DNA from: Mayamaea pseudoterrestris
Lineage: Eukaryota
DNA length: 64,000 nucleotides
Direction of reading: 5' to 3'
Assembly: GCA_027923505.1 (NCBI GenBank)
Contig: BROI01000004.1
Coordinates: 806,001-870,000 of the forward strand
Shown here: piece by piece, positions 22,655-33,430 of the stretch
Numbering within the stretch: the stretch's first letter is position 1
Layout of the letters: each line of letters opens with the position of its first letter
Notes under the pieces: generated by a model
What the model was told of the DNA's origin: nothing
Seen by the model: the letters and a program-made list of their open reading frames with translations, nothing else
Databases searched by the model: none
Program-made: the position numbers and the translations under genes

Positions 22655-23686
22655 TCATAGTCGCTTTCGTCGCGTTCGTCGCCGTAATACTACCACCCGA
22701 ACGCCGCCGGTACTTTGAACTACTTGACAATCGCTCGGCAGCATTGTCTTTTGTAGAATGGTTGATAAATTTTCCCTTGTCGCTTGAAAAGGCCAGTTTA
22801 GACTCGACGGCTGGACTGTTTCCAAACCTTGCTGTTGTGTTACAGAGAGAAAGCCGTCCACTTCGGCATTCACATTAAAGCCAGTGTGGCCAAGACTCAA
22901 ATAAATGATCACACCATCATCTGATAGCACCGTCTCCATAGATTCTGCGAGTTGTCGCCATGACCCGGGACTATACGTAAGGTCTGCTCCAATAACAATA
23001 TTGGCTCTTCCAGCTAAATCCATGGCATCCATCATGCCCCATTGCAATTGCTGCGTCGTGACCCTGTCGCTCAAATCATTTGCGTTTACGTTTCGTTTCG
23101 CAAGTTCCATTACCAATGAATTGCCATCCGTTGCCAGTACTTGTTGCGCGCCCAAATGTGCGGCTGCCATGCTGACAAGGCCGGTTCCGCAACCAAGCTC
23201 AAGGATAGTCTTATTTTCCAACAGACTGGGCTCATTATCAACCAGTCTCTCCAGCAGTTGTTTTAACAGCAAGGAGCTGTTCCAAATAGCAGTTCCAGTG
23301 GATCCTGCGGCTGCTACTTGTTGCTCTATTCGCAAAGTGACGACGTTTTCTCCTTCCATTTTAGAACGGCCGCTGCTCGGCAGACGAACCGGTATTTCTC
23401 GGATTGGAATGGCCATGCAGATTTGCGAGTATGCTCCGGGTATGGCTTGCTCCATTGACAAGGCACCGTTCCGGCATTGTCGCGAGATCCCCTCCTCCGC
23501 AGAGTCTGCTACGGGTAGTTCCGATGCTAGTGCAGCCATTGGTGTCGGAGAGCTTGGGAGGAGAATAGCTGTGGAAGCTGCTGATTGACATACAAAACGG
23601 CGCCGTCCAAGCAAGAGATTTTCCAGCGAAAGGCTTGTCACTCTGACTGTGAGTGAAACGATAGACAGGAACTTCCAGAGCATCCT
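22655..23686 (-). CDS. SAM-dependent lysine methyltransferase (METTL21/Methyltransf_16 family), probably plastid-targeted
   Basis: TGTAIWNSS, ILELGCGTGLVS, VLATDG, LQWG, IIGADLTY-type motif; N-terminal signal and RRR segment; start uncertain. Confidence 0.88.
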   Translation of the reverse strand, partial: RMLWKFLSIVSLTVRVTSLSLENLLLGRRRFVCQSAASTAILLPSSPTPMAALASELPVADSAEEGISRQCRNGALSMEQAIPGAYSQICMAIPIREIPVRLPSSGRSKMEGENVVTLRIEQQVAAAGSTGTAIWNSSLLLKQLLERLVDNEPSLLENKTILELGCGTGLVSMAAAHLGAQQVLATDGNSLVMELAKRNVNANDLSDRVTTQQLQWGMMDAMDLAGRANIVIGADLTYSPGSWRQLAESMETVLSDDGVIIYLSLGHTGFNVNAEVDGFLSVTQQQGLETVQPSSLNWPFQATRENLSTILQKTMLPSDCQVVQSTGGVRVVVLRRRTRRKRL

Positions 23687-24062
23687 CATACAGCGCCGAT
23701 GCAAATCAGGCGCTTGACGAGGCTTCCCTGATGGCCTTTCGCTGCAATGTGCGTGGCTCGTAAATGCACAAAAGTATCAAAGTAATTAGCCTATAGCAAG
23801 ATTTCACCTTAGACTATCACGTCCACTGCCAAGTTGACAATCAATAGATAGATTGAATTGCAGCATGGATGGTGTGATGTATCGTCGCCACATGCTTGTG
23901 CGATCAGATCGCGCGCTGCGCCATTCTGCCGTTGATCGCATCGTGTCGCACCGGTCCATTCAAACCCGCTACGACGAATTTTAAACCGTTCTCTCCCGAG
24001 GAAACGACGAAACGATCGATCGCTCAATCAACAGTCACTTTTTCAAAAAACAAAACAAAACG

Positions 24063-25020
24063 ATGTTCAACTTTGGAAAGGTTTCAGCGGTTCCTTCTTG
24101 TATCTACACGTGTAGGGATACAATGAAGATGGGGTTACTACACAAACACCAGAGTGATTCGTGCCGCGGCGGCGGCAGTCTTGCGAGCCTCGGCGGAGGT
24201 TACCATGGCGTCTCCTTGGGATTGGGAATTTCGGCGATGCAGCAGCGGATGGAGTTTAGAGAGGAGGAAGTTCAAGCGAGTGGGGTCGACGAATTGCAGG
24301 ACTTCAGAGCGTTGTTGCGTATGCGTATGAGTGTCGTGGAGGATGCTAACCCTTTGTCGTTCGAGTCCGAGGAGCAAGTCGAGAGTCATCCAACGAGCTT
24401 GCTCGCCAACGACTCGAGGCATGCTTCCCGAGATGACAGCGAGAGTGAGAGTTTGAGTGAGAGTCATGTCTCTGATGAGACTGTCTCGAGCTGCATCGTC
24501 CCGCATCAAGCTTTGATTGGTTCCCTCGCTAGTTCAGTCGTCTGCAAAGGCGTCATACACTACGATTCGATCAGCTTGTTGCAGCGAGGCTTGTTTGCTG
24601 CCTTCCAGCGTTCTACAAGCAGTTCCAGCGCAAGTTCCATCGTCGGTCAAGTTGTAAGCAATTACAACTTGATCAATATTCCAGTGCAAGTATGGTTTGC
24701 GTCGAGTCCGAGTTCTACGGCGCGTCAGTTTCACTTTTCGACGCATCTGCCTACTAGTCCTCGTCGGCACGTTCCAGCCATTACCTGCAGCGCGAGTCCT
24801 ACCACCTATCAAGACGTCATCCAATACAGCTCGACTAAACTACCAAGTCAAAAGGAGTTTGCTATTCTTCATGTTTCTACATTTACGTCCTGCGCGACTT
24901 TTGTTGTCGTCACGGCCTGGCCATGGCGTTTCCTTGTCGGTCAAGCAACCATGATCTTCTTCCTGGCGCGAAGGAAGAAGCCGCCCGACAAGTCATACGC
25001 CATGGTCTGGCCGAAATCGA
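24063..25020 (+). other. Possible first exon / ORF of an accessory locus (the ORF track extends it to 25613 through intron-like repeats)
   Basis: ATG follows an A-rich CAAAACAAAAC context; S/E-rich low-complexity translation; no domain recognised. Confidence 0.3.
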
Positions 25021-27822
25021 GTAAGTATCAACAGCGAGCGACTGTTTGCGCAATTTGTCCACGGACGCACTCCACCCCGCCTTTTCTTTCTTTTCACAGA
25101 TTACTGCTGCTCCAGTTGCCTCGGTGGCAATGTTTCCGGCTGCGACTCCCGTGTTTAACGTTGATCCGGACTAGTGTAAGTACCAAGAGCGAGCGAATAT
25201 TTGTCCAATCAGGCCACGGAAGCGCCCCACCCCCGCCTTGTCTTCCTTTTCGCAGAATAATGACATTATTACTTATTGGATGTGTTCCGGCTGCACCCTT
25301 TGTTTCGACAATGGTACGGGATCGAGTAAGTACCAAGAGCAAGCGAATATCTGTCCAATCAGGCCACGGAAGCGCCCCACCCCCGCCTTTTCTTCCTTTT
25401 CGCAGTGTACTGCTGACATTGCTTCAGCGGATGTGTTACCGGCTGCAACTTCATTGTTTTAACATTATGCCGGACCGAGTAAGTACCAAGAGCGAGCATA
25501 TATTTGTCTTATTGGTCCACGGAAGCGCCCCACCCGCATTTTCTTTCTTTTTCACAGAATACTGCTGCTTCTGCTGCGTTTGGAATCGAGTAACTATCAG
25601 GGAGGGCAACTAAGTCGTGCAAATTGACCACAATAGCGCCCCACCCCGCCTTCTTTCCCTTGCACAGACTGCTGTTACTGTTAGTACGGCGCTTCGGCAT
25701 CGCGTTGACCCCGAGTAAGTACCAAAAGCGAGCGAATGTTCGTGAAAAGTGTCCACAGAAGTACCCCACCCTTTTTTCTTTCTTGCTCCAGACGGCTGCT
25801 GCTGCGGCGGGGGCGGCTTCTTGCAATTCTTACGCTTTGTAACCCTTACCTAGTACGTTTAAAGCGACAGAACGTGTGCGATTTGTTTGCAGAAGCGCCC
25901 CACCCTGCCTTTTTCTTTCTTTCTTTCTATAGGCGACGACTTTCGGGCTCTCTGTAAGTTCTTCAAATGGCTATGAGTGTCTTTTTGTGACTCGCTACAT
26001 GACGCTGCGTTCTCTTCCTTTCAGATGTGGGTTTGTGACGTGATTTATTAGAAAGTTGCTTCTCATAGGCGACAACATCTGGCTTGTGTAAGTTCTGCAA
26101 ATTGTTGCGAGTGTCTCTTGGTGACTCGCTACATGACACTGCGTTCTCTTCCTTTCAGATGGGTTTGCGACGTGATTTATTAGAAAGTTGCTTCCCGTAG
26201 GCGACGACATCTGGCTTGTGTAAGTTCTGCAAATTGCTGCGAGTGTCTCTTGGTGACTCGCTACATGACACTGCGTCCTCTTCCTTCCAGATGGGTTTGC
26301 GACGTGATTTATTAGAAAAGTGCTTCCCAAAGGCGACGACTTCTGGCTTGAGTAAGTTCTGCAAATTGCTGCGAGTGTCTCTGTGTGTTACTGACTCGCT
26401 ACGTGACACAGCGTTCTCTTTCTTTCAGATGGGTACAACGCGTCGTGATTCGTTAGAGATTGGACAAAGGTACGTCCTATACAGCTCTTTAAGTGTCTTG
26501 TAGCGACTTGGTCCCTCATACACAGTCTTCTTCTTTCCAGGCGACTGGCGCTGTGATCTCGCTTGATCCCAGGCGACGAATAAGTACGTTTTGCATATAG
26601 CTGGGGAGTGTTCATTGAGGCCCCTACCATTACTCTGCCTTTTCTTTAATCCTTCCAGGCGATGAGCGGCAAGTACATTTTTGCATGGCGTTAAAGTGTG
26701 TCTCGTTGCTTCCTACCACGCAATGCTTCCTTTCGATAAAGGCGGAACGAGCGGTGATTACTCCTTTGGTTAAGACTGGGTACGTTCTGCATGCTGGAAA
26801 ATGTCTTGTTGTGACCCCTACCATTACGCTGCCTTTCTTCTTTCCTTCCAGGCATCGCTTATGCTTCTTTAAGTTCTACATGTTAATTAATTGCCTCCTC
26901 TTTCTCCCTGGTGCACGTAAGTTCTGCATTGTGCTGGAGGATTGCTCGTGGTGACCCCTACCATTACACTGTCTTCTCTTCCTTTCAGGCGCCATTTCTG
27001 TTTCTGTGAGTTCTGCTTATAGCTGGAGATTGATTGCCTCCTCTTTCTCCATTTTGCACGAAACCATTAGTAAGTTCTGCATTGTGCTGGAGAATTGCTC
27101 GTGGTGACCCCTACCATTACACTGTCTTCTCTTCCTTTCAGGAGTCATTTCTGTTTCTGTGAGTTCTGCTTATAGCTGAAATTGTATCGATGCGTCCTCT
27201 ACCATAACACTGCATTATCTTCCTTTCAGGTTGCACGCTGAAGTTGGCAAGTTCTGCAATTTGCTAGAGATAATCTCACCGTGATCTTTCCAAGCTCAGC
27301 ATGCTTCAGTAAGTTCGATATAATGCTGGAGTGTGTCTCGTTGCGACCCCTACCATTACATTGTCTTCTCTTTCTTCCACGCTACTCGCGCGGGCTCCAG
27401 TAGCCTACACTCTTCCTTCCAGGCCGCAACCGAGCTTTGGTAAGTGCTGCATACTGCTGGAAAGTTGCCCCGTGAACTCCTACCGTTACACCGCGTTCTC
27501 TTGTTTCCTGAACAGACGATGACATCAATGCTGAGCTTTGGCACCATGGTAAGCCTTTCGGAGTCGAGCCCTTTTGCCTTGTCGCGTCTACTACCGGTAG
27601 GCGGTCCGTAAGCGTATCATTCGAGTGACTGCGGTGTTGCGATTCGCTACCTGATTCTGCCTTCGTTACATTTCTGACTTTAAATTCATTCCTGCATCGT
27701 TTCTCTTCAAAGTGCAACAAATTATCATGGCTTTGCCAAGCGGTGGCGATTTGGTACGTTTGAGGTATGTGTGCCCGAATTTGACGTCCTACATGACCTT
27801 CCGTTTTTGTTCTTTTCTGCAG
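25021..27822 (+). repeat. Array of ~20 homologous intron-like units (69-80 bp, GT...AG) in two sequence families
   Basis: Family A (7 units, 25021-25932): GTAAGTACCAAGAGCGAGCG...GCGCCCCACCCCGCC-pyrimidines-CAG. Family B (13 complete units, 25954-27822): GTAAGTTCTGCA...GTGAC(C/T)C(C/G)CTAC...TTCTCTTCCTTTCAG. Confidence 0.85.
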
Positions 27823-27960
27823 GTACTATATGACTTTCCCAGCGGGACGCCGCGTACTCAACAATCATCCCACAAAACCATCGTACTCGTTCACCATCCT
27901 TCCTTCCTCATCGTTCCTTCCACTTCCATGGGTTCTGTCCCACTCTTCCACATCCACACT

Positions 27961-28397
27961 GGCGGCTGCTGGGCAGCAATGAGGCGGCTGCTGGGCAGCA
28001 TTGAGGCGGCTGCTGGGCAGCAATGAGGCGGCTGCTGGGCAGCAATGAGGCGGCTCACTGGGTGAGCAATGAGGCGGCTGCTGGGCAGCAATGAGGCGGC
28101 TGCTGGGCAGCATTGAGGCGGCTCACTGGGTGAGCATGAGGCGGCTGCTGGGCAGCAATGAGGCGGCTCACTGGGTGAGCAATGAGGCGGCTGCTGGGCA
28201 GCAATGAGGCGGCTCACTGGGTGAGCAATGAGGCGGCTGCTGGGCAGCATCGAGGCGGCTCACTGGGTGAGCATGAGGCGGCTGCTGGGCAGCATTGAGG
28301 CGGCTCACTGGGTGAGCATGAGGCGGCTGCTGGGCAGCAATGAGGCGGCTCACTGGGTGAGCACTTAAAAAATGGCGGCTCCGATCACGGATCGAGC
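27961..28397. repeat. Array of 18 GC-rich 22-24-bp hairpin units plus one diverged terminal unit
   Basis: GAGGCG-GCTGC-TGG-GCAGC-AAT (11 copies) and GAGGCG-GCTCAC-TGG-GTGAGC-(A)AT (7 copies). Confidence 0.95.
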
Positions 28398-28604
28398 GGA
28401 AACTGGGCGTGACAAGTGAATGTTGGCAGGTGTCTCACAGCTGGGAGGCGTCAGGACGGTTTTGCGTGCAGTTACATAATTAGCTACGAAAGTGGCTCCC
28501 GGACCTGTCGCCTCCAACTCAAGGCTGTGAGACTAGCGCTCATGATTAACAATCATGAGACCCCTTCATGGCACTCCTCGCTGAACCCACGTTTTCCCCT
28601 GGCG

Positions 28605-28823
28605 AAGATAGACCACCTTGACGCGGTGCTGGGGCTTTCCCACTAAGAGTCTATCACAAAACAAACTTTGGATACGGGTCGTCAACTTTTGTTGATTGTT
28701 GACATCGACCGTCCAAGTCCTGCCGACTGGAAATTACCAAAGATAGACCACCTTGGCGCGGTGCTGGGGCTTTCCCACTAAGAGTCTATCACAAAACAAA
28801 CTTCGGATACGGGTCGTCAACTT
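28605..28823. repeat. 84-bp direct repeat (28605-28688 and 28740-28823), 2 mismatches
   Basis: AAGATAGACCACCTTG(A/G)CGCGGTGCTGGGGCTTTCCCACTAAGAGTCTATCACAAAACAAACTT(T/C)GGATACGGGTCGTCAACTT occurs twice. Confidence 0.95.
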
Positions 28824-31559
28824 CGGCCGCTGATCGTTGCATCAACCGTTTCGACCATGCTCTTAATTAAAGTCGAACGTCGGGCAAAAGTACCAATTGG
28901 CCTGGATCATGCAATCGCCTCTCCTGTCCATCCATCGTGCGGGTGCGCGATTGTTCAATCGCCTCTTCTGCCCAGTCCCATCGCACCCGGCAAAAAACGA
29001 CAGCTCCACTGTTTCTATGTTCTTTCCGCCTTTCTGCCATATCCATCGTTTGACGTCGTCATGGAATGAAGCGTCCATTGTCCCATACTAAGACTAAATC
29101 CCTCTCTGTCAAGTCGTCAATCGGCCCGTAATCCCAATCGTCCAAATTATTAATATTCCTCTCCTTCGGGTGTGTTGCCGCGTCGTTTTGTGGTGTGTCG
29201 GGCGCGCGGGTCAACATCTTTTATCGGCAAAATCTAATATTTATCCTCTTCTTTTTCGATAATCTGCTTTCTCCGACGTCTCTTTCCTGATTGGTTTATC
29301 GGCGTCGTACCATGTTCTTTTTGCAAGTGTCGAGAATGAGGTCATGTCTAAGACTAAATCATCTTTTCAATCGGCCCGTAATAATCTATTCGGCGGTTTG
29401 GGCGGTTGGGTGAAATCGCTCATTATTCATCGTCTCTCTTTTTCGATAACTCTGCTTTCTTTTTGGGTCGATTTTAACACGATTTTCTTGACTAAAATCG
29501 TTATTTTGCAATTTCTGCGGTACATCTGTCCGTTGGCACGGGCTTGACATAAAAAATGACCTGGAGACGACGACTACTTGTAGTTCGTACGTTCGAACTT
29601 TGTCTTTAGAGGGCTGTCGCTGGGTAACCAATACCCCCGACAGTGGTTGCTGTGTTATGTTATCAATATCCACGACAATGGTTACTTCCCTCCTAGGCCC
29701 TGATAATGGTACCCTACGCCCGGCTGCTCCCATGACCAAGAGAAAGACATTCATTTAGTATTTGTGCAAAGTTTCAATATTTGTCGCGTAGCGATAGAGT
29801 CGGGCAATGCGACAATCTTGGAACGCTCCTCGATCGGCAATAGTTCGGCAACCTCCAATTCGGGATAAGGTGCCCTTCACTTGAAGCATTAAGAGCAGAT
29901 CATTGGCCTCCATCGCAATCTGGATTCCAAACAAAGGTTTCAATGACTGGAGGCACGACTGGAGGCAGTCGAAGTTGCAGCAGGCGGCACAGCAGGTAGG
30001 AAGGCTTGCACGTGGTTTCGGTCTTGGCTGGTAGCATTTGCATGACGTGGGTTCGGAAAAGTCTGCGCGCATGTAAGCAACTGGGCTTCATCAGCAATAA
30101 ATCAAAATTTTCGCTGCAGCACTGAGAAAGCACGGGCATGCAGCCTCTCTCAGAAGCATTGGCCTGAGTGTGGCCTGAGATGTTGCCAGGGTATCGATTG
30201 GCCTGAGTGTGGCCAGGGTCTGGTACATTCATGCGATGAGATGTAGAGAGTTGTCACATTTATTCTTGATTTAGGTTTTTGCGCACGACTGGATCATTCA
30301 ATTTCCGTGCATGTGTTTTTGACTGCCAGAGCAACTCCTGCATTTCAACATAGAACAAACTCATATGATCAGATTTTTTAAGTTTGCAACAGAGTGATTG
30401 AGATACCATAAGGTTAAATTCAAGGTTGACATTTATAAAACGAACTGCTATAAGACTCGGCTTTAGAATATGAAATCTGTGAAGAATGCTGGGTGATCTT
30501 ACATTTTGAACTAACTCTATCGCTGTGAACTCTGATGAAGTAAAAATTCATAAGCCTTAGTCTAAAAAACAAATGCTGTTAGCCTCAGGAACATTTAGCC
30601 CGATTTTCTGAAAGCCAGTTCAAAGACAACACGCACGTATATATTGTCGATTTGGTTTGGCGAAAATTAGGAATAGACAACTTTTTACCTCACCTAATCC
30701 TTTTTGACACGATTGCGTTGCACGAAGAATAGCATTGGGGAAATATTTCTTTTTAACGCCTTTGGAAGTTTGGAAGTGATTTTGTCAAATTACAGGGTTG
30801 AAGTTGATGAAGAATTCCCAATTTTTCTTGGAAATGACGAGAAAAAGCTCCGAGGTTAGCCTCTATAGCGCTTGAGAGGACCTCCACAAAAATTTGATAA
30901 ATATCAATGATGGCGGCGTTGAGAGGATTTTCTATAAAGGCCAAGGGTTTACTCAGGCTATTTGCTTAGGAAAAGGAAAGCGCCAGCGCACGAACTTGCT
31001 TTGGTGGCAAAGTATCGCTGCATTGACATAAACACATCTCAAAAGCAGTTAAAATAACATTGGCATCGGGTTGCGAGGCGCAGAAACCCAGGATTTGTAG
31101 AACGCGAGCATGGTCTTGTGAGTCGGTGTCGACTGTTTTCGAGGCAATTTAGTTAGAAGTTTCGAGGAGCTTTGAGTTACCTTTCGCAGAGGCGCCACTG
31201 GCAGCTTTGAGGGTCAAACTGAAGTGACAAAAGAACCAGAAGGCAAACACTATAAAAGATTATTTTCTTCTTTCTAGGCTCTGACGCTTCAATGCTTGTT
31301 GTATGTCCACTCTTCACTAACTGGTCCCACCATCACTGCAGACGGGACGACCCAGGCGCTCGCCTGGTGCAGAGATCCAAAAAAAGTTTGGTAGCGATTG
31401 CGTCGACAGTGGATTAACTTATCCATCGGCAACACGCCAGCGATTTCCAAAGCACAGGTAAAGGGAGGGTAATACCACCACTGCTACCCATGGGGAGTGT
31501 GTGGCACCAGGGCAGGAGTCAATAAAGTCATTGAGTGTCGCAGAACTAGGATAAACGAT

Positions 31560-31720
31560 TTACAACCATATAGCAGGACTGATTGAGCCTCAGCCTTGCA
31601 GAACATTCCAAAATACGGGGGCTGGCTCCTGCCCGTGTGAGAAGGTGGGAGATCATGGCCCAACTCTTGCGCGCCTCTATGAAATTCCTGTGTACTGCTT
31701 GGCAAAACATTACAATGTGA
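31560..31720 (-). mobile_element. Degenerate non-LTR (LINE, RTE-like) retrotransposon fragment, region C-terminal to the RT core
   Basis: Frameshifted translation AVHRNFIEARKSWAMISHLLTRAGASPR / GMFCKAEAQSVLLYGCKS resembles the LINE 'fykavvqsvLLYGsEtW' motif. Confidence 0.6.
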
Positions 31721-32191
31721 CAGCTCAGGTACACAAATGTTAAAACAAATCAAGATGACTTCATGTGCATGGCAGGCATTTCTGCTGCATGCCGCTGCTG
31801 TTTCTGGACAGGACCCTCCCGAATGGTTGGTCAAATTGAAGATTAACCGTTCCTTGTGAACAGTGTAGTACTCGTCGTTGATGGCAGTGAGCATAGCAGT
31901 CTTGAGGGCATTTTTGGTGATAAAAATGAGCTAGAATTTTGTGTTCAGTCAGTTGGTTTGTGAAGCAGTAGCAGGTGGGGCACTTAAATTAGCGCTGGGT
32001 GAATAGGAGGGGCAAATGGAAAGTTTTCATTGGGAAGTGCATCGGGCATGATGAGGCACAGAAAATCGTAGCCGTTGTTGTCAACACGGACAAGAATCTT
32101 GCGTGCGTTGGCGAGGAAAGGAGCAGTGACAGTCAATGGGTCAAGTAAGTGTAAGTTGCGTGAAATTCACTTTAGGAGGGGAGTAGCGAGT

Positions 32192-33430
32192 GTGACACTG
32201 CTGCTGGCCTGGTTTGGAGGCTACGCATTGGACTTGAAAGTGGGATGGACCTGCCTCATTCAGCAGACACATTGGATTTGAGAGTGGATGGACCTCTGAC
32301 TCATTAGGGGGACAATTAGACTTGAAAATGGGATGGACCTCACTCAACTAGCAAGACACATTGGACTTGAAACTGGATGGATGTCACCCTTTAGCGGGTG
32401 AACACATTGGACTTGAAAAGTGAGATGGACCAAACTTGGACTTGAAAGTGGGAAGGACATGACTCATTCAGCGGGACACATTGGACTTGAAAGTGGGATG
32501 GTCCTCATGTGTTAAGCTAAATACATTGGACTTATAAGTGGATGGATCTCACTTATAATCACGACATTATTTGCTATAATATTACTAGCACAGGATTGCT
32601 CACTTATAGCAAGTTTCTTGCTAGACAGATGTTAATTTCTCATATGACATATGGGATTCCAATGGGTTCTGTATTTTGAAGTTGTAAAAAGTGGGTCAAG
32701 TTGACCTGACGGTCTGTGGCACTGCCCCGCTCCTTGCTTGTGAATGTCGCAGAGAGTAGAGATTGTGACACTGCTGCTGGCCTGGTTTGGAGGTTGCTTA
32801 ATGGACATGAAAGTGGATGGTCACTGATTTAGCATAGTGGATGGACCTCACTCATTTAGCAGGAACACATTGGACTTGAAAGTGGATGGGCCTCACTCAA
32901 GTAGTGGGAACACATTGGACCTGAAAGGGATGCAGGAACACATTGGACTTGAAAATGTGGGAACACATTGGACCTGAAAGGGATGCAGAAACACATTGGA
33001 CTTGAAAATGGATGGGCTGCACTCATTTAGCGGGAACACATTGGACCTGAAAGTAGATGGGCGTCAATCATTTAGCTAACCCCATTGGACTTAAAAAGTG
33101 GACGGTAACTGATTTAGCAGGAACACATTGGACTTGAAAGTGGATGGGCGTCACTCATTTAGCTAACCCCATTGGACTTGAAAAGGATGGACCTCACTCA
33201 TTTTGCGGGAACACATTGGACTTGAAAGTGGACGGTCACTGATTTGGCAGGAACACATTGGACTTAAAAGTGGATGGGTGTCACTCATTTAGCTAACCAC
33301 ATTGGATATGAAAGTGGATGAACCTCACTCATTTAGCGGGAACACATCAATTGGCATTATTAGCACAGGATTGCTCACTTACATAGCATTTTTTTGCGAG
33401 ACAGGTTAGTGTCTCATGTGACATATTGAA
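32192..33430. repeat. Degenerate ~46-47-bp minisatellite (CATTGGACTTGAAAGTGGATGGACCTCACTCATTTAGCGGGAACA) inside a two-copy segmental duplication
   Basis: Around 20 copies of the CATTGGACTTGAAAGTGG core. Shared left flank GTGACACTGCTGCTGGCCTGGTTTGGAGG (32192, 32765) and right flank TAGCACAGGATTGCTCACTTA (~32586, ~33361). Confidence 0.9.

Noticed and set aside
24063..25613. 516-aa ORF as a genuine single-exon protein
   Set aside because: Its 3' third runs through the intron-like repeats and translates as pyrimidine-tract-derived F/L/P/S sequence; no domain recognised.
25021..27822. CRISPR array interpretation of the repeat-spacer pattern
   Set aside because: Repeats are 70-80 bp, degenerate and bounded by splice signals; several spacers are related; no cas genes.
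27865..28353. Short ORFs with AAQQPPHC repeats
   Set aside because: Translations of 22-24-bp hairpin units whose lengths are mostly not multiples of three.
28605..28823. Hammerhead ribozyme
   Set aside because: Three-way junction geometry is present, but the CUGANGA and GAAA core nucleotides are not correctly placed on either strand.
32192..33430. CRISPR-like appearance (conserved core with variable intervening sequence)
   Set aside because: The intervening sequences are homologous to each other rather than unique spacers, the context is eukaryotic and there are no cas genes.
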